Assembly: GCA_963720225.1 (NCBI GenBank)
Contig: CAVREY010000006.1
Location: forward strand, 287,189 to 351,188
Direction: 5' to 3'
DNA from: an uncultured Acidobacteriota bacterium
GTDB taxonomy: Bacteria; Acidobacteriota; Terriglobia; Acidiferrales; UBA7541
DNA: 64,000 nucleotides
Shown here: piece by piece, positions 12,631 to 22,748 of the stretch
Layout of the letters: each line of letters opens with the position of its first letter
How positions within the stretch are numbered: position 1 is the first letter of the stretch
Translations under genes and position numbers: made by a program
The notes under the pieces: model-generated
Database searches by the model: none
The model's input: only the letters and a program-made list of their open reading frames with translations
What the model was told of the DNA's origin: nothing

Positions 12631-12911
12631 GGTGTCACGATCTCAACGGACGCGGCCAACAGCAAAAGTGGCAAAAAAATAACGCCGCAAAGCTTTTGTA
12701 TGGTTCAGCCGGGCAAGTCCATCCGGCCAGCACAAATGTGTAGCCCACCCGCATCTGCCGCGGAGGACGTATCGCACCAGCATTACGCCCAGGAAGCACT
12801 GTGAGTTAAAGCCGTCTTAGAAATCTTACGACTAACGTATCTATTAAATATCTAAACGCTGTGGAGTATATGTGATAGTCAATAGAAAAACGCGATTTCC
12901 AAGGCGGCCCG

Positions 12912-14072
12912 ATGATAACTGACATCCGGAAGGTACTTACCGCAGTCACTTTGGCGGCGCTGCTTGCCTTGGTCCTCGCCGGTTGCGGCGGTGGTCAGCC
13001 GAATGATTCCGGTGGTGGCGGGACCGTGGGTCCTTCGGCGGGCGACTACCTTTGGGAATTCTCGCTCAACGACCAGAACCTGTACATCGCCACGATAAAT
13101 ACCGCCTCCGGCGAGCTTGGGACGCCGACTGCTTCCGGTGGAATCGCGTGCAATAGTGGGGGAACCATTCCGTCCGTTGCGGTCACACCCAACGACAAGG
13201 TCGCGTTTGTGATCGACAAATGCCTCGCCAGCATCCATGTCTACACGATGAGCGGGCCCGGCGTTGCCCTGACGGAAATCCCTGAGTCTCCGTATTTTGT
13301 CGCGAATGTTCTGGACTCTATAGCCATGGATCCGAGTGGAAAGTCTCTGTACGCAATGGGAACGGATCCGGGCGCGATCTATCAATTCTCCGTAAGCGGC
13401 GGTACGGGCGAGCTCACTCTGAATTCAACCACGATGGTAAACGGGGACATCCGCCAGGTCGTAGCGGCCCCGCAAGGCAGCTTCTTGTTCATTAACGACT
13501 TAACGGACGGAAAGATTCTAGCGTACGCGATTGGAAGCGGTGGTACCCCCTCGGCTGTGTCCGGATCGCCGTTCACCGTGCCTTCCAACGACCAGCCCGA
13601 GAACTTGGCGATTGATAGCGGCGGACGATTTCTTTACGCGCCAGTGATTCAGGGCGGCATCGTGGCGTTTTCAGTGAACGGCTCGACCGGTGCCTTAACG
13701 GAAATCGCCGGGTCGCCATTTTCAACGAGTGACCAGCCATTTACGCTGGCGATCGCTCCTTCTGCGAAGTATCTCTATTCAATCGGCGCCACCTCAAATA
13801 GCGCAATCGACGCGTTTGAAATCGACGCGGAAACGGGCGCCTTATCTGTCGTTCAGGGTTCTCCGTTTGCCGCGCCGAGTGCGCTCAACAGTCTTACCGT
13901 CGATAGTTCCGGCAGCTACCTCTACGCCACCGCACAGGTCGACATGCAAGCGAACAGCTGTCTATATGGTTATGCAATTGACCCTGCTACAGGCGGCCTC
14001 ACGGCTCTAGCGACTTCGCCATACCCAGCGCCTACTTTTCCAGTGAACGCGCTGAGTTTGAGTATTCCTTAG
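12912..14072 (+). CDS. lipoprotein, lactonase-type 7-bladed beta-propeller family
   Basis: Lipobox LVLAGC. Repeated blades contain GKSLYAM, GRFLYAP, AKYLYSI, GSYLYAT. Confidence 0.8.
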   Translation: MITDIRKVLTAVTLAALLALVLAGCGGGQPNDSGGGGTVGPSAGDYLWEFSLNDQNLYIATINTASGELGTPTASGGIACNSGGTIPSVAVTPNDKVAFVIDKCLASIHVYTMSGPGVALTEIPESPYFVANVLDSIAMDPSGKSLYAMGTDPGAIYQFSVSGGTGELTLNSTTMVNGDIRQVVAAPQGSFLFINDLTDGKILAYAIGSGGTPSAVSGSPFTVPSNDQPENLAIDSGGRFLYAPVIQGGIVAFSVNGSTGALTEIAGSPFSTSDQPFTLAIAPSAKYLYSIGATSNSAIDAFEIDAETGALSVVQGSPFAAPSALNSLTVDSSGSYLYATAQVDMQANSCLYGYAIDPATGGLTALATSPYPAPTFPVNALSLSIP

Positions 14073-14140
14073 GCGATCCTCTTTTATCGTCATCCGTTTG
14101 TATGGTGTAGCCGGCGGCAGACATCAACGATCGCGTCGGA

Positions 14141-15352
14141 TTATTTTCCCAGAGCTAGCGCAGCGCGACGCCGCTCGCGGCGCAGCACGACCAGGGCCAG
14201 CGCAACAATGAAGAACGCAACGGCGAAGTAGGACAGATTCGAAACGATCCAGATCGCTCGCTGAATGCGGGCGCGGAGCTGCTGCGCTCTTTGGGCCGAG
14301 GCCGCTGGGATCACCACCGTTTGGTCCCAGTCGAAAGTTTGAAGCCGCGAAAGAAAACCATACTGAACGCAGCCGGCCAGGTTGTACACGCCTACCACAC
14401 GAGAAAAATGGTGCGCCACGAGCAAGTCGCGCGAAAGACTCTCCCAATTGAGACGAGCGAAGTGCTCCGCGGAATCCGGGCCGGTGGTGCTCCCGACTAG
14501 GATTGCGTGCGCGTCCGGTCCGTACGCCCAAATTAATGCGGAATCGAGCGACGGATGGAAACTGGTGTAAAGCATCAGGACTTCGCGATCGCTGCGCACG
14601 TCTACGATCCCCGCAAGCCGCTCGAGGAGCGTGGAGTGGACCGCGCGCTCGTCGGCAATGAAAGGGAACTGATACGTCTCGACGGCGTATCCGTGGCGTC
14701 GAATTTCGGCCACGATTGCCGCGTAGGATTCCCTGGCACGCTCGACCGCGCTCACGCTGAAGTAGCGTTCGATGAGGGTCCCCGCGATCCGCCATTTATT
14801 ATTTTTCAGTGCGGCGAATTCCTGGAGATTCGGTTCCATATCCAAGCCGACTCCGGCCCATCGCAGGCCGTACGCAGAGGTCCACTGTTCAAAATCGGAA
14901 AGGCGCCGGATCGCGTCCCGCGCATTGCCCGCATTCATATAGTAACCCTGCTCGGGCGGCAGGCTGAGCCACGCCGTGACCGGAATGCCGGCTTGATCCA
15001 GACGCAGCACCAGCTGCGCGCGCTCGAGACTAAAATCCGGAAGCGCAAGAGCAACTCCCGCGCCCAACTGCTTCAAATCTGGGATTACTTCCGGCCGATC
15101 GAATAAATGTTCGATGTCGGCGATGGCGCCGTCGCAGGCGAATACGAGATGTGGCGGCGATGACGGCGTCGCGGGCGAGACGCGAATGTCTCCCGCGGAA
15201 TCGGCCGGAGACTGCCGCGCGAAAAGTGCGGGTGCGGCTGCCGCGAGCGCCAGGCAGAAGATTGCGCGCGAGAACCGGAGACTCCGCGTGAATCGCGCGA
15301 TGCGAATGTGAATTCGTGCTTGAGCGGACGAGCGCAAGGCGGCTGGCGCCAT
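14141..15352 (-). CDS. hypothetical membrane-anchored protein
   Basis: 403 codons with ATG at 15352. Signal-like AIFCLALAAAAPALFA and C-terminal TM YFAVAFFIVALALVVL. No family recognised. Confidence 0.6.
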   Translation of the reverse strand: MAPAALRSSAQARIHIRIARFTRSLRFSRAIFCLALAAAAPALFARQSPADSAGDIRVSPATPSSPPHLVFACDGAIADIEHLFDRPEVIPDLKQLGAGVALALPDFSLERAQLVLRLDQAGIPVTAWLSLPPEQGYYMNAGNARDAIRRLSDFEQWTSAYGLRWAGVGLDMEPNLQEFAALKNNKWRIAGTLIERYFSVSAVERARESYAAIVAEIRRHGYAVETYQFPFIADERAVHSTLLERLAGIVDVRSDREVLMLYTSFHPSLDSALIWAYGPDAHAILVGSTTGPDSAEHFARLNWESLSRDLLVAHHFSRVVGVYNLAGCVQYGFLSRLQTFDWDQTVVIPAASAQRAQQLRARIQRAIWIVSNLSYFAVAFFIVALALVVLRRERRRAALALGK

Positions 15353-15400
15353 GATGAATTTAGATGCGAAAACCAGTCTCGGAGAAATGTAAGCGCGGCG

Positions 15401-16894
15401 CTAGCGGATGCCGACCTGGCCGCGCACCGTGGCGATTATCTTTTGGGAGTCGAAGCCCACGCCGGATTTGAAAACGGTTTCCACGTTTTCGATTTCGTCG
15501 ATATTTTTCGAGGGATCGCCCTTGATTAGAACGAGGTCCGCCTGCTTGCCAGACGCAAGTGTGCCGATGCGATCGAGTTGTCCGAGGTATCGTGCTCCGT
15601 TCTCCGTGTAAATCTGAATGGCGTCGACGGGCGTAAACCCGGCTTCGACCAGGAGCTCGACTTCACGTTGATCTCCGAACCCCGGAAGCACGCCGCCGTT
15701 GCCTGTGGGATCGGGTCCGCCGAGAAGCAAGCCACCGGCTTGCACGAACGCCATCTCAAAATCCATTTCTTTGCGAAACAGCGGGACGTACGGCGAATCC
15801 ATCGGAACATTCGCACGCATGGTGAGATAGCTCTGCGCCGCTTGCGGGGACATCGCGTCGAGAACGCGCTGTTGTAGTTTAGGGCGCCCCGGCAGGAACG
15901 CTTCGAACACAGGTAGCGTGGATGTGACCGCGACGTGATGCGCGACGAGATTGTGGATCAATTCCTGAACCGCGGCTCCATTTAAATCCTGTCTTCCCCA
16001 TGCAGGAGCCCCACCTGGCGCACACTCATCGGGTTTCTTGTCCGCGACGAATTCGGTGTCCGCGAAAACAGGGCCGTGCTCGAGATTGTCGATGCCCAGC
16101 GCAATCGCCTCGGGCCAAGTAACGGAGCAAAGATGCCCGGTGATTTTCTGATTGTGCGCATGCGCGGCTTCAATGGCCGCGGATAATTCTGCGCGCGTGA
16201 TGTGCATGTAGGCTTTGTATGACGTTGTGCCTTCGCTGGCCCAGTAATCCACCATGTGTTTTGCGTCGTCGGGCCCGGTGAGTTCGTGCATCATGGCGAA
16301 CGGAGTGGGCGCGCCTTCCAGATACGGCCCGGTGACGTCCAGGCTCGGTCCGGGCATCAGGTTCGCGTCGATGCGGCTTTTGAGTTTCAAATCCAAATAC
16401 GGCTCGCTGCTGCCGGTAGTGCGCATGGTGGTGACCCCGGACGCGAAATAAAGGCGCGGCGCGGTGAACGGAATTTCCGGAGCGACGATGCCAGGCTCCG
16501 GAGCGCGGGACGCGCGCTGCTGCGCGGCCGAGTCCACGTAAAACAAATGGTCGTGCATGCCGATGAGACCCGGGATCACCGTGTATCCGGTTTTATCGAT
16601 TTGCTGCGCGCCTTGCGGAATCGCGACAGTGCCGGCGGCGCCGATGGATTGAATTTTCCCATTGGCGATCACGATCGATTGGTCTTCGACGGCGGGCGCG
16701 CCGGTTCCGTCGATCACGCGCACGTGAGTGAGGGCGAAAACGGGCGCGTCGACGGTGACGAATGGCGCGAGGTCGGGAGCGAGCTGCGCTTTGGTCTCCG
16801 TTTGCGCTGACGTTTGCGTGGAGTCGCTGACCGCGAAGAACAGGGTGGCAGTCAGAGCGATGGTGAGCCATAAGATCGGCAGTGGGCGGTGCAT
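15401..16894 (-). CDS. secreted amidohydrolase family protein
   Basis: Start moved to ATG 16894, with GAGG 8 nt upstream. Signal peptide MHRPLPILWLTIALTATLFFAV. HxH metal motif GMHDHL. The 156 upstream track codons are Arg-rich and overlap eutC. Confidence 0.85.
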   Translation of the reverse strand: MHRPLPILWLTIALTATLFFAVSDSTQTSAQTETKAQLAPDLAPFVTVDAPVFALTHVRVIDGTGAPAVEDQSIVIANGKIQSIGAAGTVAIPQGAQQIDKTGYTVIPGLIGMHDHLFYVDSAAQQRASRAPEPGIVAPEIPFTAPRLYFASGVTTMRTTGSSEPYLDLKLKSRIDANLMPGPSLDVTGPYLEGAPTPFAMMHELTGPDDAKHMVDYWASEGTTSYKAYMHITRAELSAAIEAAHAHNQKITGHLCSVTWPEAIALGIDNLEHGPVFADTEFVADKKPDECAPGGAPAWGRQDLNGAAVQELIHNLVAHHVAVTSTLPVFEAFLPGRPKLQQRVLDAMSPQAAQSYLTMRANVPMDSPYVPLFRKEMDFEMAFVQAGGLLLGGPDPTGNGGVLPGFGDQREVELLVEAGFTPVDAIQIYTENGARYLGQLDRIGTLASGKQADLVLIKGDPSKNIDEIENVETVFKSGVGFDSQKIIATVRGQVGIR

Positions 16895-17031
16895 TTCGAT
16901 ACCTCGTCGAATTTCTCGCGTCTTGGTGGAGCGCGCCGATTCTACATGAGCCCGTGCGAGAGCGGAAAAATTCATAGGCTCAAGCGCAAAGCCCCATTTT
17001 ACGGGCGCAGCCGCGCGGCGGTGCGTTGTGC

Positions 17032-17838
17032 TCAGCCCAACAGAGGGTTTAGTGGAGATTCGCGCAGGGTGTAGCCGCTGAGTCGCGACTCGAACATTTG
17101 CGCCGCGAGATTCAGGATGCGCGTGGCGGCTGCGCTGGGACTCAGTCCACGCGCGTGAATATTTGAAACGAGGTTGCGTTTCGCGTCGGTGTGCGAGGCG
17201 CGCGGCTGATACGCCATGTAGGCGGATAGGCTTTCCGCTGTAGCGAGGCCAGGGCGCTCGCCGACCAGAAGCACGGCGACGCGAGGATTCAGAATTTCGC
17301 CGATCTCGTTGAGGATGCCGACGCGACAATGGTGGACGAAGAACATCGGGCCCACCGACCATCCGCGCACGGCCGCTCCTTCGAGCAAGAGCGGAAGAAG
17401 CCCGGGAACTTGAGCGATCACCGCAGGCACGGAGAGTCCGTCACCGATCGCGATCTGCAAATCCTGCGCCGGCGTGCAGCGGCCTTTGATTTCGGCGCGC
17501 GAGGCGCTGTCAAACTGGCGGCCGAGATCGGGGCGAAGCAGGTACTCGTCCTTCGATCGGGCGCGCGTGCGCACTACGAAAAGCCCGAAACGCTCGACGA
17601 ATGCGGGATCGAACGCGGCGTGCATCTTAAATTCCGCCCGCACCGCGTCGCGCGCCGCGGCGTGAGCTTCGCGCAGGGCGAGCTGAGTTTCAGTCCGGTA
17701 GGCGGCGCCGGCGCGGCCAACGAGCAGACGCGCGGGAGTACGTGCGCGAACCTTTTCGACGACCGCTGAAAACTCCTCGGGCGACTCGCGCGTCGCGTCC
17801 GCACGCGTCAGCGGCGCCTTCGGCTCGGCGTCGCTCAT
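17032..17838 (-). CDS. eutC: ethanolamine ammonia-lyase light chain
   Basis: ATG at 17838 overlaps the eutB stop (ATGA). 268 aa. Conserved core ..RARTPARLLVGRAGAAYRT... Confidence 0.9.
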   Translation of the reverse strand: MSDAEPKAPLTRADATRESPEEFSAVVEKVRARTPARLLVGRAGAAYRTETQLALREAHAAARDAVRAEFKMHAAFDPAFVERFGLFVVRTRARSKDEYLLRPDLGRQFDSASRAEIKGRCTPAQDLQIAIGDGLSVPAVIAQVPGLLPLLLEGAAVRGWSVGPMFFVHHCRVGILNEIGEILNPRVAVLLVGERPGLATAESLSAYMAYQPRASHTDAKRNLVSNIHARGLSPSAAATRILNLAAQMFESRLSGYTLRESPLNPLLG

Positions 17839-19229
17839 TCCACGATTCCTTCCAGAGAAGTTTCGAGGCGCGCCATCAACGCGCGTCGCGCCGGTGTCTC
17901 TAGCATCGCAGGTTCGTCGCCTCGATAAATCCCCATCGACCGCAGCCACACAAGAAATTCCGGCGCGGGGCGCAATCCGAACAGGCGTCGCACCGCAATC
18001 GCGTCATGAAAACTGGTCGACTGATAATTCAGCATCACATCGTCCGAGCAGGGAACTCCCATAAAATAATTGCAGCCCGCCGCGCCGAGGAGCATCAGCA
18101 AATTATCGGCGGAATTCTGGTCGGCGACTGCGTGGTTCGTGTAGCAAACATCGCAGCCCATCGGCAGGCCGAGCAGCTTGCCCATGAAATGATCTTCGAG
18201 GCCCGCGCGAATAATCTGGCGCTCGTCGTAAAGATATTCCGGGCCGATAAATCCCACCACGCTATTCACGATGAATGGATCAGACGCGCGCGCAACGCCG
18301 TAAGCGCGAGCTTCGAGCGTGAGCTGGTCGACGCCGTGATGAGCTTCAGCGGAGAGCGCGCTCCCCTGGCCGGTTTCGAAGTACATGGCCTGCTCGCCCT
18401 TCCATGCAACACCGCGCGATCGGTGATGCTCCAGCACGCGTTCGCGGCTTTCGCGCAACATTTGCAGTGACACCCCAAAGCTGCGATTCGCGGCTTCGGT
18501 TCCGGCGATGGACTGAAACAGAAGATCCACCGGCGCGCCGAGCTCCATCGCCGCAAGCTGCGCGCTGATGTGCGCCAGACAACAGATTTGCGTCGGGATT
18601 TTGTAAGAGTCGACGAGTCGTTCGAGCGCGTGCAGAATCGCGCTGACCGTCTCCACGGAATCCGACGCGGGATTCACTCCGATCACCGCATCGCCGCAGC
18701 CGTACAGCAGTCCTTCGAACGATGCGAGCAGAATTCCGCCGATATCGTCGACCGGATGATTCGGCTGCAACCGGATTCCGAGCACGCCGCGTTCGCCCAT
18801 GGTGTTGCGGCAGCGCGTGACGTTGCGAATCTTCGCGGCCGCCAGCACCAGATCCTTGTTGCTCATGATTTTCGCGGCCGCAGCGGCGATCTCCGGAATG
18901 ATCGCGCCAACCAGTTTGTGAAGCCGCGCTTCGGTAGTGGCATCGTCGAGCAGCATCTCGCGAAATTCGCCTACGGTGAGGCTTTCGATATCCGCGAACG
19001 CGCGCTGGTCGAAGGAATCGAGCAGCAGCCGGCTCACTTCGTCGGAATCGGGATCGATCAGAGGCTCGCGGACAATCTGCGAGAGCGTTACATCGGCAAG
19101 CCGGCGCTTCGCGGCGACGCGTTCGCGCTCGGAGCGCGCGGCGATGCCGGCCAGTTCGTCGCCGGACTTTTGCTCGTTGGCCTTGGCGAAAAGCTCGCGC
19201 AGGTCGGAGAAGACGAAGCGCTCGTACAT
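17835..19229 (-). CDS. eutB: ethanolamine ammonia-lyase heavy chain
   Basis: ATG at 19229 with GAGGG upstream. 464 aa. EutB-type N-terminus MYERFVFSDLRELFAKANEQKSGDELAGIAA. Confidence 0.92.
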   Translation of the reverse strand: MYERFVFSDLRELFAKANEQKSGDELAGIAARSERERVAAKRRLADVTLSQIVREPLIDPDSDEVSRLLLDSFDQRAFADIESLTVGEFREMLLDDATTEARLHKLVGAIIPEIAAAAAKIMSNKDLVLAAAKIRNVTRCRNTMGERGVLGIRLQPNHPVDDIGGILLASFEGLLYGCGDAVIGVNPASDSVETVSAILHALERLVDSYKIPTQICCLAHISAQLAAMELGAPVDLLFQSIAGTEAANRSFGVSLQMLRESRERVLEHHRSRGVAWKGEQAMYFETGQGSALSAEAHHGVDQLTLEARAYGVARASDPFIVNSVVGFIGPEYLYDERQIIRAGLEDHFMGKLLGLPMGCDVCYTNHAVADQNSADNLLMLLGAAGCNYFMGVPCSDDVMLNYQSTSFHDAIAVRRLFGLRPAPEFLVWLRSMGIYRGDEPAMLETPARRALMARLETSLEGIVE

Positions 19230-19373
19230 GCAGCCCTCGGCGCGTCGCACTGCTGCGCCACCGAGGAAAGTAGCATCAACACGCAACCAAGGAAAGCTGC
19301 GCGGCATTCTCCAATCGCGTTGCCGATTGTCGCCGTTGAAATGACACGACCGGCACTCCATTAAAATGGACTG

Positions 19374-19400
19374 CCCACAGGCACGAATGCCTGTGCCACG
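19374..19400 (+). repeat. REP-like hairpin (family C)
   Basis: CCCACAGGCA-CGAA-TGCCTGTGCCACG. The same module occurs at 41115, 41243, 43511, 46555, 50808, 54251 and 61550. Confidence 0.6.
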
Positions 19401-19424
19401 GCGACGACGGTTTTTATCCCTCAG

Positions 19425-19619
19425 CTACTCGGGGCACTCGGCGGCGCGGCGCTCGTACTCGGCGGCTTGCTTGCGGTGGTCGAAGACGTGCTGCGTCCAG
19501 ATCACTTCCTCCGGATCGCCCTTCATGCACGGCAGGATGATTTCTTCGATGTGCTGGGCATCGCGAAGTTCGCGGTCCCTCAAATAAAGATAGTGGGCCT
19601 TGCTGTGAAAGTGACGCAT
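19425..19619 (-). CDS. hypothetical small protein
   Basis: 64 codons with a charged, His-rich composition. ATG at 19619 has no obvious Shine-Dalgarno. Weak call. Confidence 0.35.
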   Translation of the reverse strand: MRHFHSKAHYLYLRDRELRDAQHIEEIILPCMKGDPEEVIWTQHVFDHRKQAAEYERRAAECPE

Positions 19620-19973
19620 CGTTGCGCAGTGTATCGCGCGCGGGCGGCGAGCGCCATTGTCAAAAGTACCGAAAGTGAGCTGACTGGCGCGCGGGCGCGC
19701 CGAAAGCGATCGTCGCCGAGCGAGCAGCCTTTCTAAGTGTTTTCTAAGATTTCACGCGCTTTTTGGCTTCATTCTTGCAATAAACTCGAGAAATTCAGGC
19801 TCTCGGGCTGGCAGCACCCTTCATCGCCAATCCTCCGGCGGAGAACGGACTGTCCGATCGAGCCAGGGAGCCGAATCCTGCTCAACTCGTCGTAGTGCGT
19901 GGCCCGAGCTGAGGATTTGTGCTACGGGAACGCCGCCGGTAATCCGATGGCAGAGCCTCCGAAGGGGATTGAC

Positions 19974-20776
19974 GTGAAGATATCCACAAAATTGAACCTA
20001 TTTTCCGCGGGTGTTGTCACTGTCTTTTGTGTTTCCTGCGTAATTCTGCTGGCCCAGATCAGGCTGGTATCCCGCGGGTACGAGTCGATGTTGAACTCGC
20101 CGATCCGGGACATGGATGCCGCGCGCGTGGTCCAGGACAACTTCAAAAAAGAAGTTCAGGAATGGAAAGACATCCTGCTTCGCACCGACGCTCCGGAGGA
20201 CCTGGCGAAATACATCGGCCAGTTCCACGAGCAGGAAGACAGAGTTCAGGTCGGCGCCGTTGCCCTCGCCAATCGCACCGAGGACCCGAAGCCCGCGAAT
20301 TGCTCGAACAGTTCCTGTCCGCCGATCGCGCTTTGAGTCAGAAGTACGCTGCAGTGTACGCACAGTATGTCGCCGGGCAAGCGGATTTTAAGGCGGCCGA
20401 CCGGGTCGTCGGGGGGCAGGATCGCGCGCCGACTGACCTTTTCGACAGCGTGGTCGCGCGGCTACACATTCGCGTCGAATCAGCCGCCGCGCTCCAACCG
20501 CCGCAGGTCCGTCTGAATCTCGCTATCGCCCTTACCGCGTCCGGCTCTCTTCTGTTTGTGTTGCTTTTGATCGGATTTCTCACCGTGCAAAGCATCCTGA
20601 AACGGATCGCGGGTCTTAAACTGGTTTCCGATCACCTGGCGCGTGCCGACATCGAAGGTCTGGTCGTGGATATTTCCGGCACCGATGAAATCGCTGAATT
20701 TGGTTCGAGCCTTCGACGAATGCATGCCGCGTTACAGGAATTGTTGAGCACCGCTTCTTCGCCTGTCGGCTCTTAA
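19974..20776 (+). pseudogene. frameshifted 4-helix-bundle (MCP-like) sensor + HAMP domain protein with no output domain
   Basis: GTG at 19974 with AAGGGG 7 nt upstream. N-terminus VKISTKLNLF.. with a TM segment, the QEWKDILLR sensor motif, a second TM segment and a HAMP domain (..DEIAEFGSSLRRM..). The frame switches near 20288-20294. Frame A stops at 20334-20336. The continuation EARELLEQFLSADRALSQKY.. is in another frame. This is consistent with loss of one nt in GACCCG(G)AAGCC. Confidence 0.6.
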
Positions 20777-20800
20777 AGATCTGTTCGAGATGGAGAAAGA

Positions 20801-20992
20801 ATGGGTGCAAAACTGCTGGCAGTCTATGAACACGCCCAGAAAGAATTGGGCGCGCCGGGCCGAATGAGAATCGCCATTTTGACGTCCTTGTCCTCAATCA
20901 AGGCGGGAGACGCGCCGGATTCACCCGAAAATCTCAAGCTCTTCCAGGATGCGATGGCCAAGCTGGGAGAAAGCGAAACCGGGAAACATTGA
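20801..20992 (+). CDS. hypothetical small hydrophilic protein
   Basis: 63 codons, with GGAGAAAGA directly upstream of the ATG. Confidence 0.45.
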   Translation: MGAKLLAVYEHAQKELGAPGRMRIAILTSLSSIKAGDAPDSPENLKLFQDAMAKLGESETGKH

Positions 20993-21050
20993 ACTGGCGG
21001 GAAACAACCGTTCAACAAAACCGCGCGATGAAAAGCACCTCAGCGCCGGC

Positions 21051-21533
21051 TTAGGACTCTTGTTTGAACTCGCCGGTCTGCATCGACAGGTACCGCTCGT
21101 AACCCATTTCGTTGATCTGATGGACCTGCGCTTCGAGCCAGTCGACGTGGCCCTCTTCATCCTTCAGCAGTGTGACCAGCAGATCGCGCGAGCCGTTGTC
21201 CGCGTGTTCTGTGGCGATTTTCACGGCGGCGTTGTATTGCGCCACGGCGACGACTTCCAGTTTCAGGTCGGCTTCGATCATGTCTTTCACCGTTGATCCG
21301 ACCTTTAGCTTCAGCGGCTCCATGGTCGGCACGCCGTCGAGAAAAAGAATCCGTTCCAGCAGCGATTCCGCGTGGCGCATTTCGCCGATGGATTGCTTCT
21401 TGATGTGTTCGGAGAGCTTGCGGTAGCCCCAGTTCTCGCACATTTCGGCGTGCAGGAAATACTGGTTGATCGAGGTGAGCTCCTCGCGCAGCGCTTTGTT
21501 CAGTTCTTCGATGATTTTCGGGTTTCCTTTCAT
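21051..21533 (-). CDS. bfr: bacterioferritin
   Basis: ATG at 21533, 160 aa. Motifs LTSINQYFLHAEMCENWG and SIGEMRHAESLLERILFLDG (ferroxidase and heme-Met region). Confidence 0.92.
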   Translation of the reverse strand: MKGNPKIIEELNKALREELTSINQYFLHAEMCENWGYRKLSEHIKKQSIGEMRHAESLLERILFLDGVPTMEPLKLKVGSTVKDMIEADLKLEVVAVAQYNAAVKIATEHADNGSRDLLVTLLKDEEGHVDWLEAQVHQINEMGYERYLSMQTGEFKQES

Positions 21534-21716
21534 AGTTCGGCGAGTTTGCCACCCGCCGCGCGGCAACTGAACCGTCAATGAGCGTTCGTAAGGGCGAGCG
21601 CCGGTTCGCTTAGTCCAACCGACTCGTGAAACTTTCGTCGGCGAGCGACCTGGGCTCAGTTGTGCGCGGACTGGAAACGAAACAGGGCAGGGGACTCGAA
21701 GTCACGCTGGTGAATA

Positions 21717-22553
21717 TTAGCGGAGTTGCGAAGCGAGTCCCAACATTTTGAACATCCGGATCGTGTACCAGTTGAGGTCGACTTCATACCACTTGAATCC
21801 GTGTCGCGCCGAAACCGGGTAGGCGTGATGGTTGTTGTGCCATCCATCTCCAAAAGTGATCAGCGCAATCCACCAATTATTGGTTGAGGTATCACGCGTC
21901 TCGTATCGGCGCGACCCCCAGATATGCGCGCACGAGTTGACGATCCACGTCGCGTGAAGCCCCACAACCGTGCGCAGGAACGTTCCCCACAACACCAGCC
22001 GAAATCCGCCAATGGCAAACAGCACGGCTGCGACGATCAGGCTCGGCAGCAGATGATACTTCGTGAGCCACACGTGGAATTTGTCGCCGCCCAGATCCGG
22101 CACGTAACGTTTCAGCGTCGCTTCGTCTTGGCGCAACGCGTTTCCAACCAGAACCCAGCCCGCATGCGCCCACCACTTGCCGTCGCGCGGAGAGTGCGGA
22201 TCGCCATCCTTGTCCGCGAACTGATGGTGCTTGCGGTGCGTCGCCACCCAGAGCAGCGGCCCGCCTTCTAAAGCTGCCACTCCGCAGAGCGTGAGAAAGT
22301 ATTCAAACCACTTGGGCGTGGAGAACGAACGATGCGTGAGCAGCCGGTGATAACAGATGCCGAGCCCAAGGCCGCCGGTGATCCAAAATAGAACCACCGC
22401 GACAATCAGTCTTTCCCAACTGAAGAAGAAAAGCGCAGCGACTGCCCCAATGTGAAACAGCGCAAGAACCGGCGCAATTGCCCAGTTCACGCGATGTTCG
22501 CTGGACCGGTCGTTTTCCAGGTTGCGGCTTTCCAAGACGGGTGAAGTAGTCAT
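21717..22553 (-). CDS. acyl-CoA (delta-9-type) fatty acid desaturase
   Basis: His boxes HRLLTH, HRKHH and HNNHH, with four hydrophobic helices. Confidence 0.9.
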   Translation of the reverse strand: MTTSPVLESRNLENDRSSEHRVNWAIAPVLALFHIGAVAALFFFSWERLIVAVVLFWITGGLGLGICYHRLLTHRSFSTPKWFEYFLTLCGVAALEGGPLLWVATHRKHHQFADKDGDPHSPRDGKWWAHAGWVLVGNALRQDEATLKRYVPDLGGDKFHVWLTKYHLLPSLIVAAVLFAIGGFRLVLWGTFLRTVVGLHATWIVNSCAHIWGSRRYETRDTSTNNWWIALITFGDGWHNNHHAYPVSARHGFKWYEVDLNWYTIRMFKMLGLASQLR

Positions 22554-22748
22554 CGTTTCGGAATTTCTTATGCGTGCAGATTCCGGTCAGGCCAGGCTGC
22601 CGGCAGAAAGAGAGTTCAAGAGTGTCATGGATGGACGCCCGCCGCCATTGGCATAAATGACAGGCCGGCGGTCGGGTCTGCTCGGGTCTGGCTGGAGGCG
22701 CAACACAGCGGCGGCGCGAGGCGATGCGCGGGCGGAAATTCGCGGTTA

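Noticed and set aside
16895-17362. N-terminal 156-codon extension of the amidohydrolase ORF
   Set aside because: The extension overlaps eutC and is Arg-rich. It precedes a canonical signal peptide that starts at the internal ATG 16894, which has its own Shine-Dalgarno.
19230-19424. Possible cobalamin riboswitch upstream of eutB
   Set aside because: I could not recognise the conserved B12-box or the multi-stem architecture by eye. Only a family C REP-like hairpin is evident. An Rfam scan is needed to be sure.
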